A stretch of 64,000 nucleotides of DNA from an uncultured Planctomycetaceae bacterium (GTDB lineage Bacteria > Planctomycetota > Planctomycetia > Pirellulales > UBA1268), in NCBI GenBank assembly GCA_903885565.1, contig CAISJI010000146.1, positions 6,389 to 70,388 of the forward strand. Reading direction: 5' to 3'. The notes under the pieces are model-generated. The model had not been told where the DNA came from. It worked only from the letters and a program-made list of their open reading frames with translations, and searched no databases. Shown piece by piece: positions 9,334 through 17,676 of this stretch. Both the position numbers and the translations under genes were made by a program. Position 1 is the stretch's first letter, and every line of letters starts with the position of its first letter.

Positions 9334-10485
9334 GTGACTGACATTGAGCGCAAGAACCCCGGCAATGCCGCGGCAGATGGGGGCGAGTTTGTTTCCCAAA
9401 CGCTCAAAAGCGCCGCTGTTCTGGTGGTGGACGACAGCCGCGTGATGCGTGCGGTGCTCACCAAATCGCTGCGGGATCTGGGCTTCACCAACATCACCGA
9501 GGCCGTTGACGGCAGCGATGCGCTGGCAAAGCTGCGTGAAAAGCCCTTTGACCTGATGCTCCTCGACATGGAGATGCCGCAACTCAACGGCATCGAAGTG
9601 TTGGCAGCCATCAATGTCGACCACCATCTCAAGGGCGTGCCAGTCATTGTCATCTCCGGTGCAGAACAGACCGAGATGGCCGTGCAGTGCATTGAGGCCG
9701 GCGCCGAGGACTACCTCAACAAACCACCCAATCCCACGCTGCTGCGGGCCCGGGTGACGACGTCGCTGGAAAAGAAGCGCTTGCGGGATCTGGAAAAGCT
9801 GCGCATGGCGCAGTTGCAGGCTGAGAAAGAATTGGTTGAGCTCGAGAAGGAAAAGTCGGAGCGGCTGCTGCTCAACATTCTGCCCGGGGCGATCGCAGGC
9901 CGGCTGAAGGGGGGCGAGAAGGCGATCGCCAACGGACACGCTGTGGTCACGGTGATGTTTGCCGATCTGTGCGGCTTTACAGCACTCTCGCGGAAAACCA
10001 GCCCGGCCGATCTGGTGTCGATGCTCAACAGCATTTTCACGGCGTTCGATCTGATCGTGGAAAAGTATGGTGTTGAAAAGATCAAAACGATCGGCGACTG
10101 CTACATGCTGGTCGGAGGTCTGCCCACCAACCGCGACGACCATGCCGAGGCTGTGGCCGATGCCGCGATGGAGATGGTCGAAGCGCTCAAGAAAATCAAC
10201 GCCACCAACGCCACCGACCTGCAGATGAGGGTCGGCATCCACACCGGTCCGGTCGTGGCGGGCGTCATTGGCAAGATCAAATTCACCTACGACCTGTGGG
10301 GCGATACGGTGAATGTCGCCAGCCGGATGGAATCCTCAGGAATGCCGGGCCGGATCCACGTTTCTGAACAGACCGGAAAAGCCCTGCACGGGAAGTTCGC
10401 CATGGAAGACCGTGGGTTTGTGGAGTGCAAGGGGCTCGGGCAGGTGCAAACCTATTTCGTCAACGGCCGCACACCGGGTGCCTGA
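9334..10485 (+). CDS. Response-regulator receiver domain fused to a class III adenylate cyclase
   Basis: GTG start at 9334, 7 nt after the S1 stop, with GAGG 6 nt upstream. REC motifs: VLVVDDS, DLMLLDMEMP, a coiled-coil linker. Cyclase motifs: VMFADLCGFT, KTIGDCYM, YDLWGDTVNVASRME. The Lys...Asp pair is typical of ATP specificity. Confidence 0.9.
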   Translation: MTDIERKNPGNAAADGGEFVSQTLKSAAVLVVDDSRVMRAVLTKSLRDLGFTNITEAVDGSDALAKLREKPFDLMLLDMEMPQLNGIEVLAAINVDHHLKGVPVIVISGAEQTEMAVQCIEAGAEDYLNKPPNPTLLRARVTTSLEKKRLRDLEKLRMAQLQAEKELVELEKEKSERLLLNILPGAIAGRLKGGEKAIANGHAVVTVMFADLCGFTALSRKTSPADLVSMLNSIFTAFDLIVEKYGVEKIKTIGDCYMLVGGLPTNRDDHAEAVADAAMEMVEALKKINATNATDLQMRVGIHTGPVVAGVIGKIKFTYDLWGDTVNVASRMESSGMPGRIHVSEQTGKALHGKFAMEDRGFVECKGLGQVQTYFVNGRTPGA

Positions 10486-10513
10486 GTGTGACAAGCGCCC
10501 TCGAGAATCAGCC

Positions 10514-11392
10514 ATGCCCGCCACCAGCCCACACCGCGATCCCGATCGGCCGAGCTTGCGATTCTGGGGAGTGCGAGGCTCCATTCCCACTCCCGGCCCA
10601 GCCACGGCGCGGTACGGTGGCAACACAACCTGCATTGAGGTGAGCGTCGGTGGAGAACGGATCGTCATCGATGCCGGTTCTGGCATCCGTGGCCTGGGCG
10701 TGGCGCTCATGAAGGAATGCGGCCCAGAACCGCTTCATCTCACCCTGCTCCACAGCCATGCCCACTGGGATCATATTCAGGGGTTTCCATTCTTTGCTCC
10801 GGCCTACAGCAAGCAGACCCACATCCGGGTGATCGGTGGCAATGCCACCGCTGCAGGTTTGCCGCGGGTGTTCGCCGATCAGATGGACGGGCAGCGCTAT
10901 TTTCCCTTCCCCTTTGCCGCTCTGCCCTCCCAAATCACGTTTGAGCACATCGACGCCCAAGGGGACCTCAGGTTTTCCATTGGCAGCGTCGCTGTGCTCG
11001 CCTGCCCCACCAACCACCCGGGCGGTTCGCTGGGCTACCGACTCGAGACGCCCCACGGCGGAATCGTTTTTCTCAGCGACCATGAAACGGGAGGGGCGGA
11101 CGAGGAACGCATCAGGGCCTTCATTTCCGGAGCAGCCCTGATGATCGCCGATGCCCAATATGACTCCACCGAGATCCTCACCCGCCGCGGCTGGGGCCAT
11201 GGCAGCGTGGAGGAGGTGGTTGGCCTGGCGGCCTCCAGCGGAGTGGGGAGGGTCTATCTCTTTCACCACGATCCTGCCCACGACGACGCCTGCCTCGATC
11301 GCATGCTGGCCGAAGGCCAGGCTCAAGCGCGGCAGCACCGGAGCGACCTGGTGGTCGACGCGGCCCGCGAGGGAGAGGAAATCCTGCTGTGA
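10514..11392 (+). CDS. MBL-fold metallo-hydrolase (possible cyclic-nucleotide phosphodiesterase)
   Basis: The ATG at 10514 was verified; the track ORF starts upstream at 10313. Motifs: RFWGVRGSIPTPG, HSHAHWDHIQG (HxHxDH metal motif), later HHDPAHDD. It starts 28 nt after the cyclase stop. Confidence 0.8.
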   Translation: MPATSPHRDPDRPSLRFWGVRGSIPTPGPATARYGGNTTCIEVSVGGERIVIDAGSGIRGLGVALMKECGPEPLHLTLLHSHAHWDHIQGFPFFAPAYSKQTHIRVIGGNATAAGLPRVFADQMDGQRYFPFPFAALPSQITFEHIDAQGDLRFSIGSVAVLACPTNHPGGSLGYRLETPHGGIVFLSDHETGGADEERIRAFISGAALMIADAQYDSTEILTRRGWGHGSVEEVVGLAASSGVGRVYLFHHDPAHDDACLDRMLAEGQAQARQHRSDLVVDAAREGEEILL

Positions 11393-11405
11393 GGCCGGCG
11401 ACCAA

Positions 11406-12689
11406 TTACCCGCGGGGCGTGAGCCGGCTGGTGCCAACCCAGGGGACGAGTGCCTCAGGGACAACCACTGAGCCATCGGCACACTGGTAGTTTTCCAGAA
11501 TCGCAATGATCGCCCGGCTCATGGCGATGGCGGTGCCGTTGAGCGTATGGACGAAGGAGGTTCCCTTCTCGCCGGGAGTCCGGTAGCGGATAGCCAATCG
11601 GCGCGCCTGATAATCGGTGCAGTTGGAGGTGCTGGTTACTTCGCCCCATTCTCCCTGCTCGCCGCGGCCCGGCATCCAGGCCTCGAGGTCGTATTTCCGG
11701 TAGGCCGGTCCGCCCAGATCCCCGCTGGCGGTGTCGATCACGCGGTAGGGGATGCCGAGTCCGTCGAAGAGGGCGCATTCCAGATCGAGGAGATAGGCAT
11801 GCATGTCCGCGCTCTGCTCTGGCAGGGTGAAAGCGAACATTTCCACCTTCGTGAATTGGTGCACGCGGTAGAGGCCGCGGGTGGCCCGGCCGTGGGCGCC
11901 AGCCTCGGTGCGGAAGCAGTGGCTGATTCCACACAGCTTCAGCGGCAGTTCGTCCGCCTCGAAGATCCGCTCATGCATCGCTCCGCCGAGCGTGATCTCG
12001 GCAGTGGCCACCAATGAAAGATCGCTGCCAGTGATGGAATAGATCTGTGTCTCGGGGCCACGCGGCATGAATCCGGTGCCCTCCAGAATCGTATCTCTGG
12101 CCAGATCGGGGGTGGTCATCACTGTGAACTGTTCCCGCATGAGCAGGTCGACGGCATATTTCTGCAGCGCCAGTTCCAGCAGCACCCCTTCGTTGGTGAG
12201 GAAGTAGAAGCCGTGCCCGGCCACCTTGGCACCTGCATCGAAGTCAAACAGTTTCAGCCGCGCGCCGAGTTCGACGTGGTCGAGCGGTTTGAAATCAAAT
12301 TGGGGGGAGGGGGTGCGTCCCCGGCGGATCTCCACAGAGGCGTCTTCGCCACCGGTGGGGGCATCGGGGTGGGTGAGGTTGGGAATCGCCCGGAGGATCT
12401 CATCCGATTCGCTGACAATCTGCTGCAGCCGTCCCTCGCTGGCCCCGATCTCCTCCCGGAGGCGCCGTCCCTCGGCCTTGAGGGCCTCGCGTTGGTTCGC
12501 GTCGGCGGCCTTGCCGATCGACTTGCTGACCACTCCGGCCTGTTGGTTGAGGCTGTCGATATCGGCCTGCATGCTCCTGCGCAGCCGATCGAGCTCGGCG
12601 AACCGGGCCACGTCGGCCGTGGAGCCCCGCTTGCAGCAGTTGGCGATGATGAGGTCGACGTTGTCAGCGACATAGCGACGATCAAGCAC
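11406..12689 (-). CDS. serS: Seryl-tRNA synthetase
   Basis: The N-terminal coiled-coil arm begins VLDRRYVADNVDLI (GTG at 12689 verified). Class II core motifs: FRTEAGAHGRATRGLYRVHQFTKVE and GTAIAMSRAIIAILENYQ. Confidence 0.9.
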   Translation of the reverse strand: MLDRRYVADNVDLIIANCCKRGSTADVARFAELDRLRRSMQADIDSLNQQAGVVSKSIGKAADANQREALKAEGRRLREEIGASEGRLQQIVSESDEILRAIPNLTHPDAPTGGEDASVEIRRGRTPSPQFDFKPLDHVELGARLKLFDFDAGAKVAGHGFYFLTNEGVLLELALQKYAVDLLMREQFTVMTTPDLARDTILEGTGFMPRGPETQIYSITGSDLSLVATAEITLGGAMHERIFEADELPLKLCGISHCFRTEAGAHGRATRGLYRVHQFTKVEMFAFTLPEQSADMHAYLLDLECALFDGLGIPYRVIDTASGDLGGPAYRKYDLEAWMPGRGEQGEWGEVTSTSNCTDYQARRLAIRYRTPGEKGTSFVHTLNGTAIAMSRAIIAILENYQCADGSVVVPEALVPWVGTSRLTPRG

Positions 12690-12831
12690 GGGCAGTTTCT
12701 CCCGGAAAAGGCAGGATTGTAAACCGACAGACGCTCGGGCTGGGGCGGGCCATTGGGCCGACGCCCCCACCTCTTATAATCAGGCTCGATCGGTTCATGG
12801 GGAATTTTCTCCTCGGGAGTGTGCCAGAACC

Positions 12832-13251
12832 ATGCCAGCCACCGCCAGTGCCGTTGTGTTGCCCCCCTTCTGCGGCGGGCTTCGCTGTCCACGGATAGTG
12901 AGCGCTCAGTCTCAGGCAGTAGAGACGCCGGTGGCCGATCCACCCCCGGCTGTCGCCCCCGCCGATGAAACGCGTCCGCAGCGCCAGCCCCGCTATCATG
13001 TCGTGCTGTGGAATGATGACGATCACACCTATCAGTATGTGATTGCCATGCTCAAAAAACTCTTCGGCCATCCCGCCGAAAGGGGGCTGGCACTGGCCAA
13101 GGAGGTTGACCAGCAGGGGCGGGTGGTGGTGCTGACGACGACCCGGGAGCATGCGGAACTCAAACGCGATCAGATCCACGCCATGGGGCCCGACACACTT
13201 CTGGCGCGATCGAAGGGTGCCATGAGCGCCTCGATCGAGCCGGAGTCCTGA
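12832..13251 (+). CDS. clpS: ATP-dependent Clp protease adaptor ClpS
   Basis: YHVVLWNDDDHTYQYVIAMLKKLFGH...A..LA.EVDQQGRVVV is the ClpS core. ATG at 12832 verified. Confidence 0.85.
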   Translation: MPATASAVVLPPFCGGLRCPRIVSAQSQAVETPVADPPPAVAPADETRPQRQPRYHVVLWNDDDHTYQYVIAMLKKLFGHPAERGLALAKEVDQQGRVVVLTTTREHAELKRDQIHAMGPDTLLARSKGAMSASIEPES

Positions 13252-13264
13252 GAGTCTGCTTCAC

Positions 13265-15013
13265 TCAGGCAGCGGCGACCCTACGCAGCCCCTTGCGCGG
13301 CCGCTCCGTCCAGGAAACCTGTGCCGGCTGGTTCTGTGCCGCAAACTCGCAACCGCTGTCCCGCACCACCTCCATCATCGAGAGGAGCAATTCCTCCTGG
13401 ATCGAGAGAAATGTGGCGGAGCAGTTGGTGTGGGTGAAGGCGGAGCATTCAATATCCAGCGAGGCTGGGCCATGCGCCACGAACCGCGCCTGCGAAGAAT
13501 TTCGTTCCAGCTGCGGATGGGCCATCAGCAGCTTTCTCAGGCGCACAAGCACCGTGCGCATCTGGGTGGTGGATGTGTCTGAAGCCAGCGCGAGCACGGC
13601 TTTGAAGAGAGTGTGGTCGCGGCGGGTGAAGTTGATCAGTTGCAGCTTGGCGAATTCGGCATTCGGAATGGTGATGAGCGTGCGATCGGCGCTGCGGATC
13701 CGGGTCGACCGCAGGCCGATCTCTTCGACCGTGCCGCGGACCGATCCGAACTGACACTCCTCGCCAATCCTGACCGGCTTGTCGGTGAACAGCACAATTC
13801 CGGCGATCAGGTTTTCGGTGGTGTGTTGGGCCGCCAGTGCCACAGCCAGCCCACCCACTCCCAGCCCGGCCACCAGTGGGGTGACTGAAATTCCCATCCG
13901 ATCGACGGCATGGAAAACAATCCAGGCTGTCACCGCCACCGTTCCGACGCGGCTGACCAGACGAATCATCTGGCTATCGATGGCATCCCCCCGCTTGCCC
14001 CGGGTTTCCAGAAACCACTCGGTGATGCGGCGGGACGCCGCGAGCACGCCGATCACCACGCCGGTGAGCGTGACCGACTCCAGGCAGAGCTTCGCCAGCA
14101 GCACCCGTTCGCCGGTCAGACGCACCTGAAACGTGAGGAGGTAGTCGACGATGAGGCTGCTGGCAATCAGCGTCGCCGGAAAGATAAATGAACCGAGGGT
14201 GAGCATGCCGGGAGTGTGCGTGTCCCGCTGGGCCACGCGCAGGGCGCTCCGCACCGCCGCGGCGGCCAGCAGCACCAGCAGAAGCGTGGCGACCCATTGC
14301 CAGACCGTCTCACCGCCAATGGAGGTTCGCGCCCAGAGGGGGAGCGAGTGGAGGAATTGGTCGGGAATCATCCAGCCCCCGAGTGTGACATAGGCTTGGT
14401 GCAGACCGGGGCTGCCAGCGGTCGGCTTGTAGGGCAAGGCATTGACGCGTTGGAAAAACTCCTTGGCTCGGGAGACCGTATCTGCGGCGAAAACAAACTC
14501 CCCGGCCCGGTCTCCGGTGGCCAGCCGCACGAGCACGATTTCCGTGCCGGGCACGCGCCAGCGGGTGATGTTCTGCTCCCGTACGGCGTCGGCATCGGGA
14601 ATTTCGCTGTCGGCGGGCACCGGCACGCGGTCGAGCACTTCTTTGAGACAGACGGCGGCCTCGCGCCCCTCCGTGATGACCAGCGAAGGCGCCACCGTCG
14701 AGAGATCGAGGCTCGACATCATCTGGCTGAACAGATGCTGCATGCGGGCCCGGCCGGGAGGATGGGTGTGCCGTTGCGTCACGGCAGAATAGATGTGGTC
14801 CATCGTGTCGGTGAAGCCACGCATGGTGCCGCGCGGGCTGGAAGTATCCAGCGGGGCGAGCAGTTCGGCGGCGCCCATCGGCGTGGGGGCGTATCGGGGC
14901 CCCTCCGCCCGGCAGGCGGTCGCTCCGCCTGCCGTCAAGGCTAGGAGGGCCACTGTCAGCGGGAGGCTGCCCCGGCGGGCAGGTGGCAGAAACGCAGGGA
15001 TGGCGCGGGTCAT
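13265..15013 (-). CDS. Mechanosensitive ion channel (MscS family) with large N-terminal periplasmic/TM extension
   Basis: Signal-like N-terminus and several TM segments. MscS signature: LIAGIVLFTDKPVRIGEECQFGSVRGTVEEIGLRSTRIRSADRTLITIPNAEF. Confidence 0.85.
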   Translation of the reverse strand: MTRAIPAFLPPARRGSLPLTVALLALTAGGATACRAEGPRYAPTPMGAAELLAPLDTSSPRGTMRGFTDTMDHIYSAVTQRHTHPPGRARMQHLFSQMMSSLDLSTVAPSLVITEGREAAVCLKEVLDRVPVPADSEIPDADAVREQNITRWRVPGTEIVLVRLATGDRAGEFVFAADTVSRAKEFFQRVNALPYKPTAGSPGLHQAYVTLGGWMIPDQFLHSLPLWARTSIGGETVWQWVATLLLVLLAAAAVRSALRVAQRDTHTPGMLTLGSFIFPATLIASSLIVDYLLTFQVRLTGERVLLAKLCLESVTLTGVVIGVLAASRRITEWFLETRGKRGDAIDSQMIRLVSRVGTVAVTAWIVFHAVDRMGISVTPLVAGLGVGGLAVALAAQHTTENLIAGIVLFTDKPVRIGEECQFGSVRGTVEEIGLRSTRIRSADRTLITIPNAEFAKLQLINFTRRDHTLFKAVLALASDTSTTQMRTVLVRLRKLLMAHPQLERNSSQARFVAHGPASLDIECSAFTHTNCSATFLSIQEELLLSMMEVVRDSGCEFAAQNQPAQVSWTERPRKGLRRVAAA

Positions 15014-15270
15014 GGATGCATCTCGTCGGGGCCCCGGTGGCTCAGGCCGCCGGACTCCGGGAGGAATACCGCGCTGCGCGTCGGTACGGCAATGGGGCTG
15101 CCGGAACCTTTTCTGCGGGGGTTCGCCAGATAACGCACGTCTCCCCTCTTGCCGGGCGTCGGCCGTTCCCGTTGGGGGGGATTTTCAGCAGGGCGGACCG
15201 GTGCGTCGTTGCGGCGAACCCGGTGGGTTGGGTAGAGTCTTCTGGAGAACCGGCGCCGAGCATTTCTGCC

Positions 15271-15990
15271 ATGAATGAATCCCGTACGCCTTCTGGCGAT
15301 CTTCCCTCCGATGCCCCGGTTCCCAAGGTCGTCGTGAGCCGACTGAGCCTCTACCTGCGCGAACTGCAGCGCTTGCAGTCGGCCGGGCAGCAGACGATCT
15401 CCTCGGGCCAGCTGGGCAATCTGCTCGGCTTCAGCGATGCCCAGGTGCGCAAGGACCTGGGGTTCTTTGGCCAGTTCGGCTATCCGGGCGTGGGGTACCG
15501 CTGCGATGAATTGATTCGTGCGATGCGCGACATTTTGGGAACCAACCATCCCTGGCCGGTGGTGATGGTGGGGGTGGGCAACCTGGGATTGGCGCTGCTT
15601 GGATACCGGGGCTTTGGGCGGCAGAACTTTTCCATCCGGGCGGCCTTTGACGCCGACCCGGCGAAGGTGGGGCAGACGATCCAGGGCATTTTGGTCCGGC
15701 CGCTCAACGAACTGCCGGCGGTGGTGCGGCACGAAGGAGTGCGATTGGGAATGATTGTGGTGCCTGCCGAGCGTGCTCAGGAGGTGGCTGATCGGCTGGT
15801 GGTGGCGGGGGTTGAGGGGATCGTGAATTTTGCGCCGGTCACCCTCGTTCTCCCCCCTCACGTGCAGAGCGTGGCGGTTGATCTGGCGATTGAGTTGGAG
15901 CAGTTGTCGTTTGCGGTGACCAACAAACTCGCGCGTGGGTTCGGCGAGTCAATCGGCGGCCAGGGAACACTGGCCACCCCCGAGCAATAA
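15271..15990 (+). CDS. rex: Redox-sensing transcriptional repressor Rex
   Basis: The ATG at 15271 was verified; the track ORF is extended to 14983. Motifs: VVSRLSLYLRELQ, ISSGQLG..LGFSDAQVRKDLGFFGQFGYPGVGY, Rossmann VMVGVGNLGLALLGY. Confidence 0.85.
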   Translation: MNESRTPSGDLPSDAPVPKVVVSRLSLYLRELQRLQSAGQQTISSGQLGNLLGFSDAQVRKDLGFFGQFGYPGVGYRCDELIRAMRDILGTNHPWPVVMVGVGNLGLALLGYRGFGRQNFSIRAAFDADPAKVGQTIQGILVRPLNELPAVVRHEGVRLGMIVVPAERAQEVADRLVVAGVEGIVNFAPVTLVLPPHVQSVAVDLAIELEQLSFAVTNKLARGFGESIGGQGTLATPEQ

Positions 15991-15998
15991 GTGACGCC

Positions 15999-16017
15999 GC
16001 GGCCATAGATGGCCCGC
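15999..16017. terminator. Hairpin directly after the rex stop (stem GCGGCCA / TGGCC(C)GC, loop TAGA)
   Basis: Read from the sequence. A 7-bp stem with one bulge, 9 nt after the rex TAA. No U-tract, which is common in GC-rich genomes but lowers confidence. Confidence 0.35.
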
Positions 16018-16107
16018 AAAAATTGGCTGGCGCCGCGGCCACGCCGTCAGGAAGACGGCGTCCGGGCATTCGAGGCACACCTTGGCTGTGCCTCCGCATG
16101 CCCCAAG

Positions 16108-16136
16108 CCTGAAGGGGCCATGGATGGCCCTTCAGG
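16108..16136. terminator. Strong hairpin between convergent rex and rrf2 genes (12-bp stem, 1-nt bulge, loop TGGA); candidate bidirectional terminator
   Basis: CCTGAAGGGGCCA-TGGA-TGGCCCTTCAGG read directly from the sequence. It ends 2 nt from the Rrf2 stop codon (16139). Confidence 0.45.
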
Positions 16137-16138
16137 CG

Positions 16139-16576
16139 CTATATATAGTACATCGGTTCAGTCGTGGTCCGGGAGCGTTCCACCAGCGTGGCAAATGTCA
16201 CTCCCTCCATCGCGGCGGTTTCCTGCGCCGCCACATCGCGCCAGGCTTCCAGCAACACCGACACGCTGCGCGATCGTCCGGCGAGATCGGCGGTGATCGA
16301 TGTGATCAGTTCATCCGGTCCCTCGATCACGCGGAAGACGTCGTTGAGCGTGATCTCGGCAGGGGCCCGCGCGAGTTGGTAGCCGCCGGCAGCTCCCCGC
16401 GTGCTGGTGACGATCCCCGCTCCCTTGAGCTGCAGGAGAATCTGCACCAGAAACCGCGACGGCACGCCATGGGCTGCGCAGATCGAGCGGATCCTGACGG
16501 GATCTGCGGCGCCCCAATTGCGGGCCAATTCCAGCACGGCGATCGCGGCGTATTCCGTTTTGGCAGAGAGTCGCAT
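16139..16576 (-). CDS. Rrf2 family transcriptional regulator
   Basis: MRLSAKTEYAAIAVLELAR...PVRIRSICAAHGVPSRFLVQILLQLKGAGIVTSTRGAAGGYQLA is the typical Rrf2 winged helix. I saw no obvious 3-Cys cluster motif. Confidence 0.85.
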   Translation of the reverse strand: MRLSAKTEYAAIAVLELARNWGAADPVRIRSICAAHGVPSRFLVQILLQLKGAGIVTSTRGAAGGYQLARAPAEITLNDVFRVIEGPDELITSITADLAGRSRSVSVLLEAWRDVAAQETAAMEGVTFATLVERSRTTTEPMYYI

Positions 16577-16648
16577 GGGGAGTCCGGGGGCTTTTTCACC
16601 GGTCGAAGTGGTGGAACAAGGCCATGGATGGCGGTTCCCGCAGAAAGG

Positions 16649-17386
16649 TCAGTGATCGCGGGAATGGAGGCCGCATTCTGTCTTGGCGGTGCCGCTCCAT
16701 CGGCCGGCGCGTTCATCCTCGCCAACCACCACCGGCCGCGTGCAGGGGGCGCAGCCGATGCTGACATAGCCCTGATCGTGGAGCGGGTTGTAGGGGATGT
16801 CTTCTTTCACGATCAGGTCCCAGATGCGGGCCTTTGTCCAGTTTGCCAGCGGTGAGATTTTCACCACCCCAAACTTGTCGTCCCAGCCGACAACCGGTGC
16901 GGCAGCCCTGTCAGAACTCTGGTCGCGGCGGATGCCGCTCATCCAGGCGTCAAACCGGCCGAGCACCCGCTTGATCACCGCGATCTTACGGTCGGCGCAG
17001 CAGCGGTTGGGATCGGTGGAGTGCAGCGGGCCGCCATGAATGCGTTCGTATTCGGCCACCGTGGTGTCGGGGCGTTCCAGCGACACCTCGATTCCATACC
17101 GCTTGGCGATGCGGTCGCGCAGTTCCAGGGTCTCTGCAAATTGGTAGCCCGTGTCGAGGTTGAAGACGAACGTGCGGGGGGCCAGCTGGGCCAGCCAATG
17201 GAGGATCACGCACCCTTCCGGCCCGAAGGCGGTAGCCATCGTGAGGCGATCGCCATACCGCCGGGCCGCCCACAGAATGATGTCGGAGGGTTCAGCATTC
17301 TCCAGCAGACTGTTCGCCGCGGCGAGTTCCGCCAGCAGGGCGGCCGCCACGTCAGGCCTCTGGAGATTGATGACGTTCAAGCCCAT
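16649..17386 (-). CDS. cysH: Phosphoadenylyl-/adenylyl-sulfate reductase (thioredoxin-dependent, Fe-S type)
   Basis: PAPS-reductase fold motifs: ATAFGPEGCVILH, RCCADRKI plus GCAPCT (the CC...CxxC cluster of APS reductases), C-terminal ECGLH. Confidence 0.9.
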   Translation of the reverse strand: MGLNVINLQRPDVAAALLAELAAANSLLENAEPSDIILWAARRYGDRLTMATAFGPEGCVILHWLAQLAPRTFVFNLDTGYQFAETLELRDRIAKRYGIEVSLERPDTTVAEYERIHGGPLHSTDPNRCCADRKIAVIKRVLGRFDAWMSGIRRDQSSDRAAAPVVGWDDKFGVVKISPLANWTKARIWDLIVKEDIPYNPLHDQGYVSIGCAPCTRPVVVGEDERAGRWSGTAKTECGLHSRDH

Positions 17387-17676
17387 GCCGCCGGCCGCTT
17401 TCTGGAACCCGGTTCCTGGAATCAGAGGGGAATCCTACAAATGTTTCCCAAACAGGTTAACAATAGGCTCTGGTGAGACAAATATCGACCCTGCCCCCTC
17501 CCCAACAGCATGCCGGGGGCGGTTTACCCGAAAAGTTTGGCAGCCTTACCCGGTTGCTTGTGGGGGCCGGACCGGCTGCGGGCGGGGAATGGGGCTCCCC
17601 ACTCGTCAGCCGCTGGGAAAAGTGAACAATGCCGGCTGGCTCATGATCGACGAACTCTGCAGAGGATTCACCGCGT

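Noticed and set aside
17404-17416. Short palindrome GGAACC-C-GGTTCC 18 nt upstream of the cysH ATG, considered as an Rrf2/CymR-type operator.
   Set aside because: It has only 6-bp arms and a single occurrence, which is easily produced by chance in GC-rich DNA. There is no similarity to the triple GGCCATNGATGGC motif nearby.
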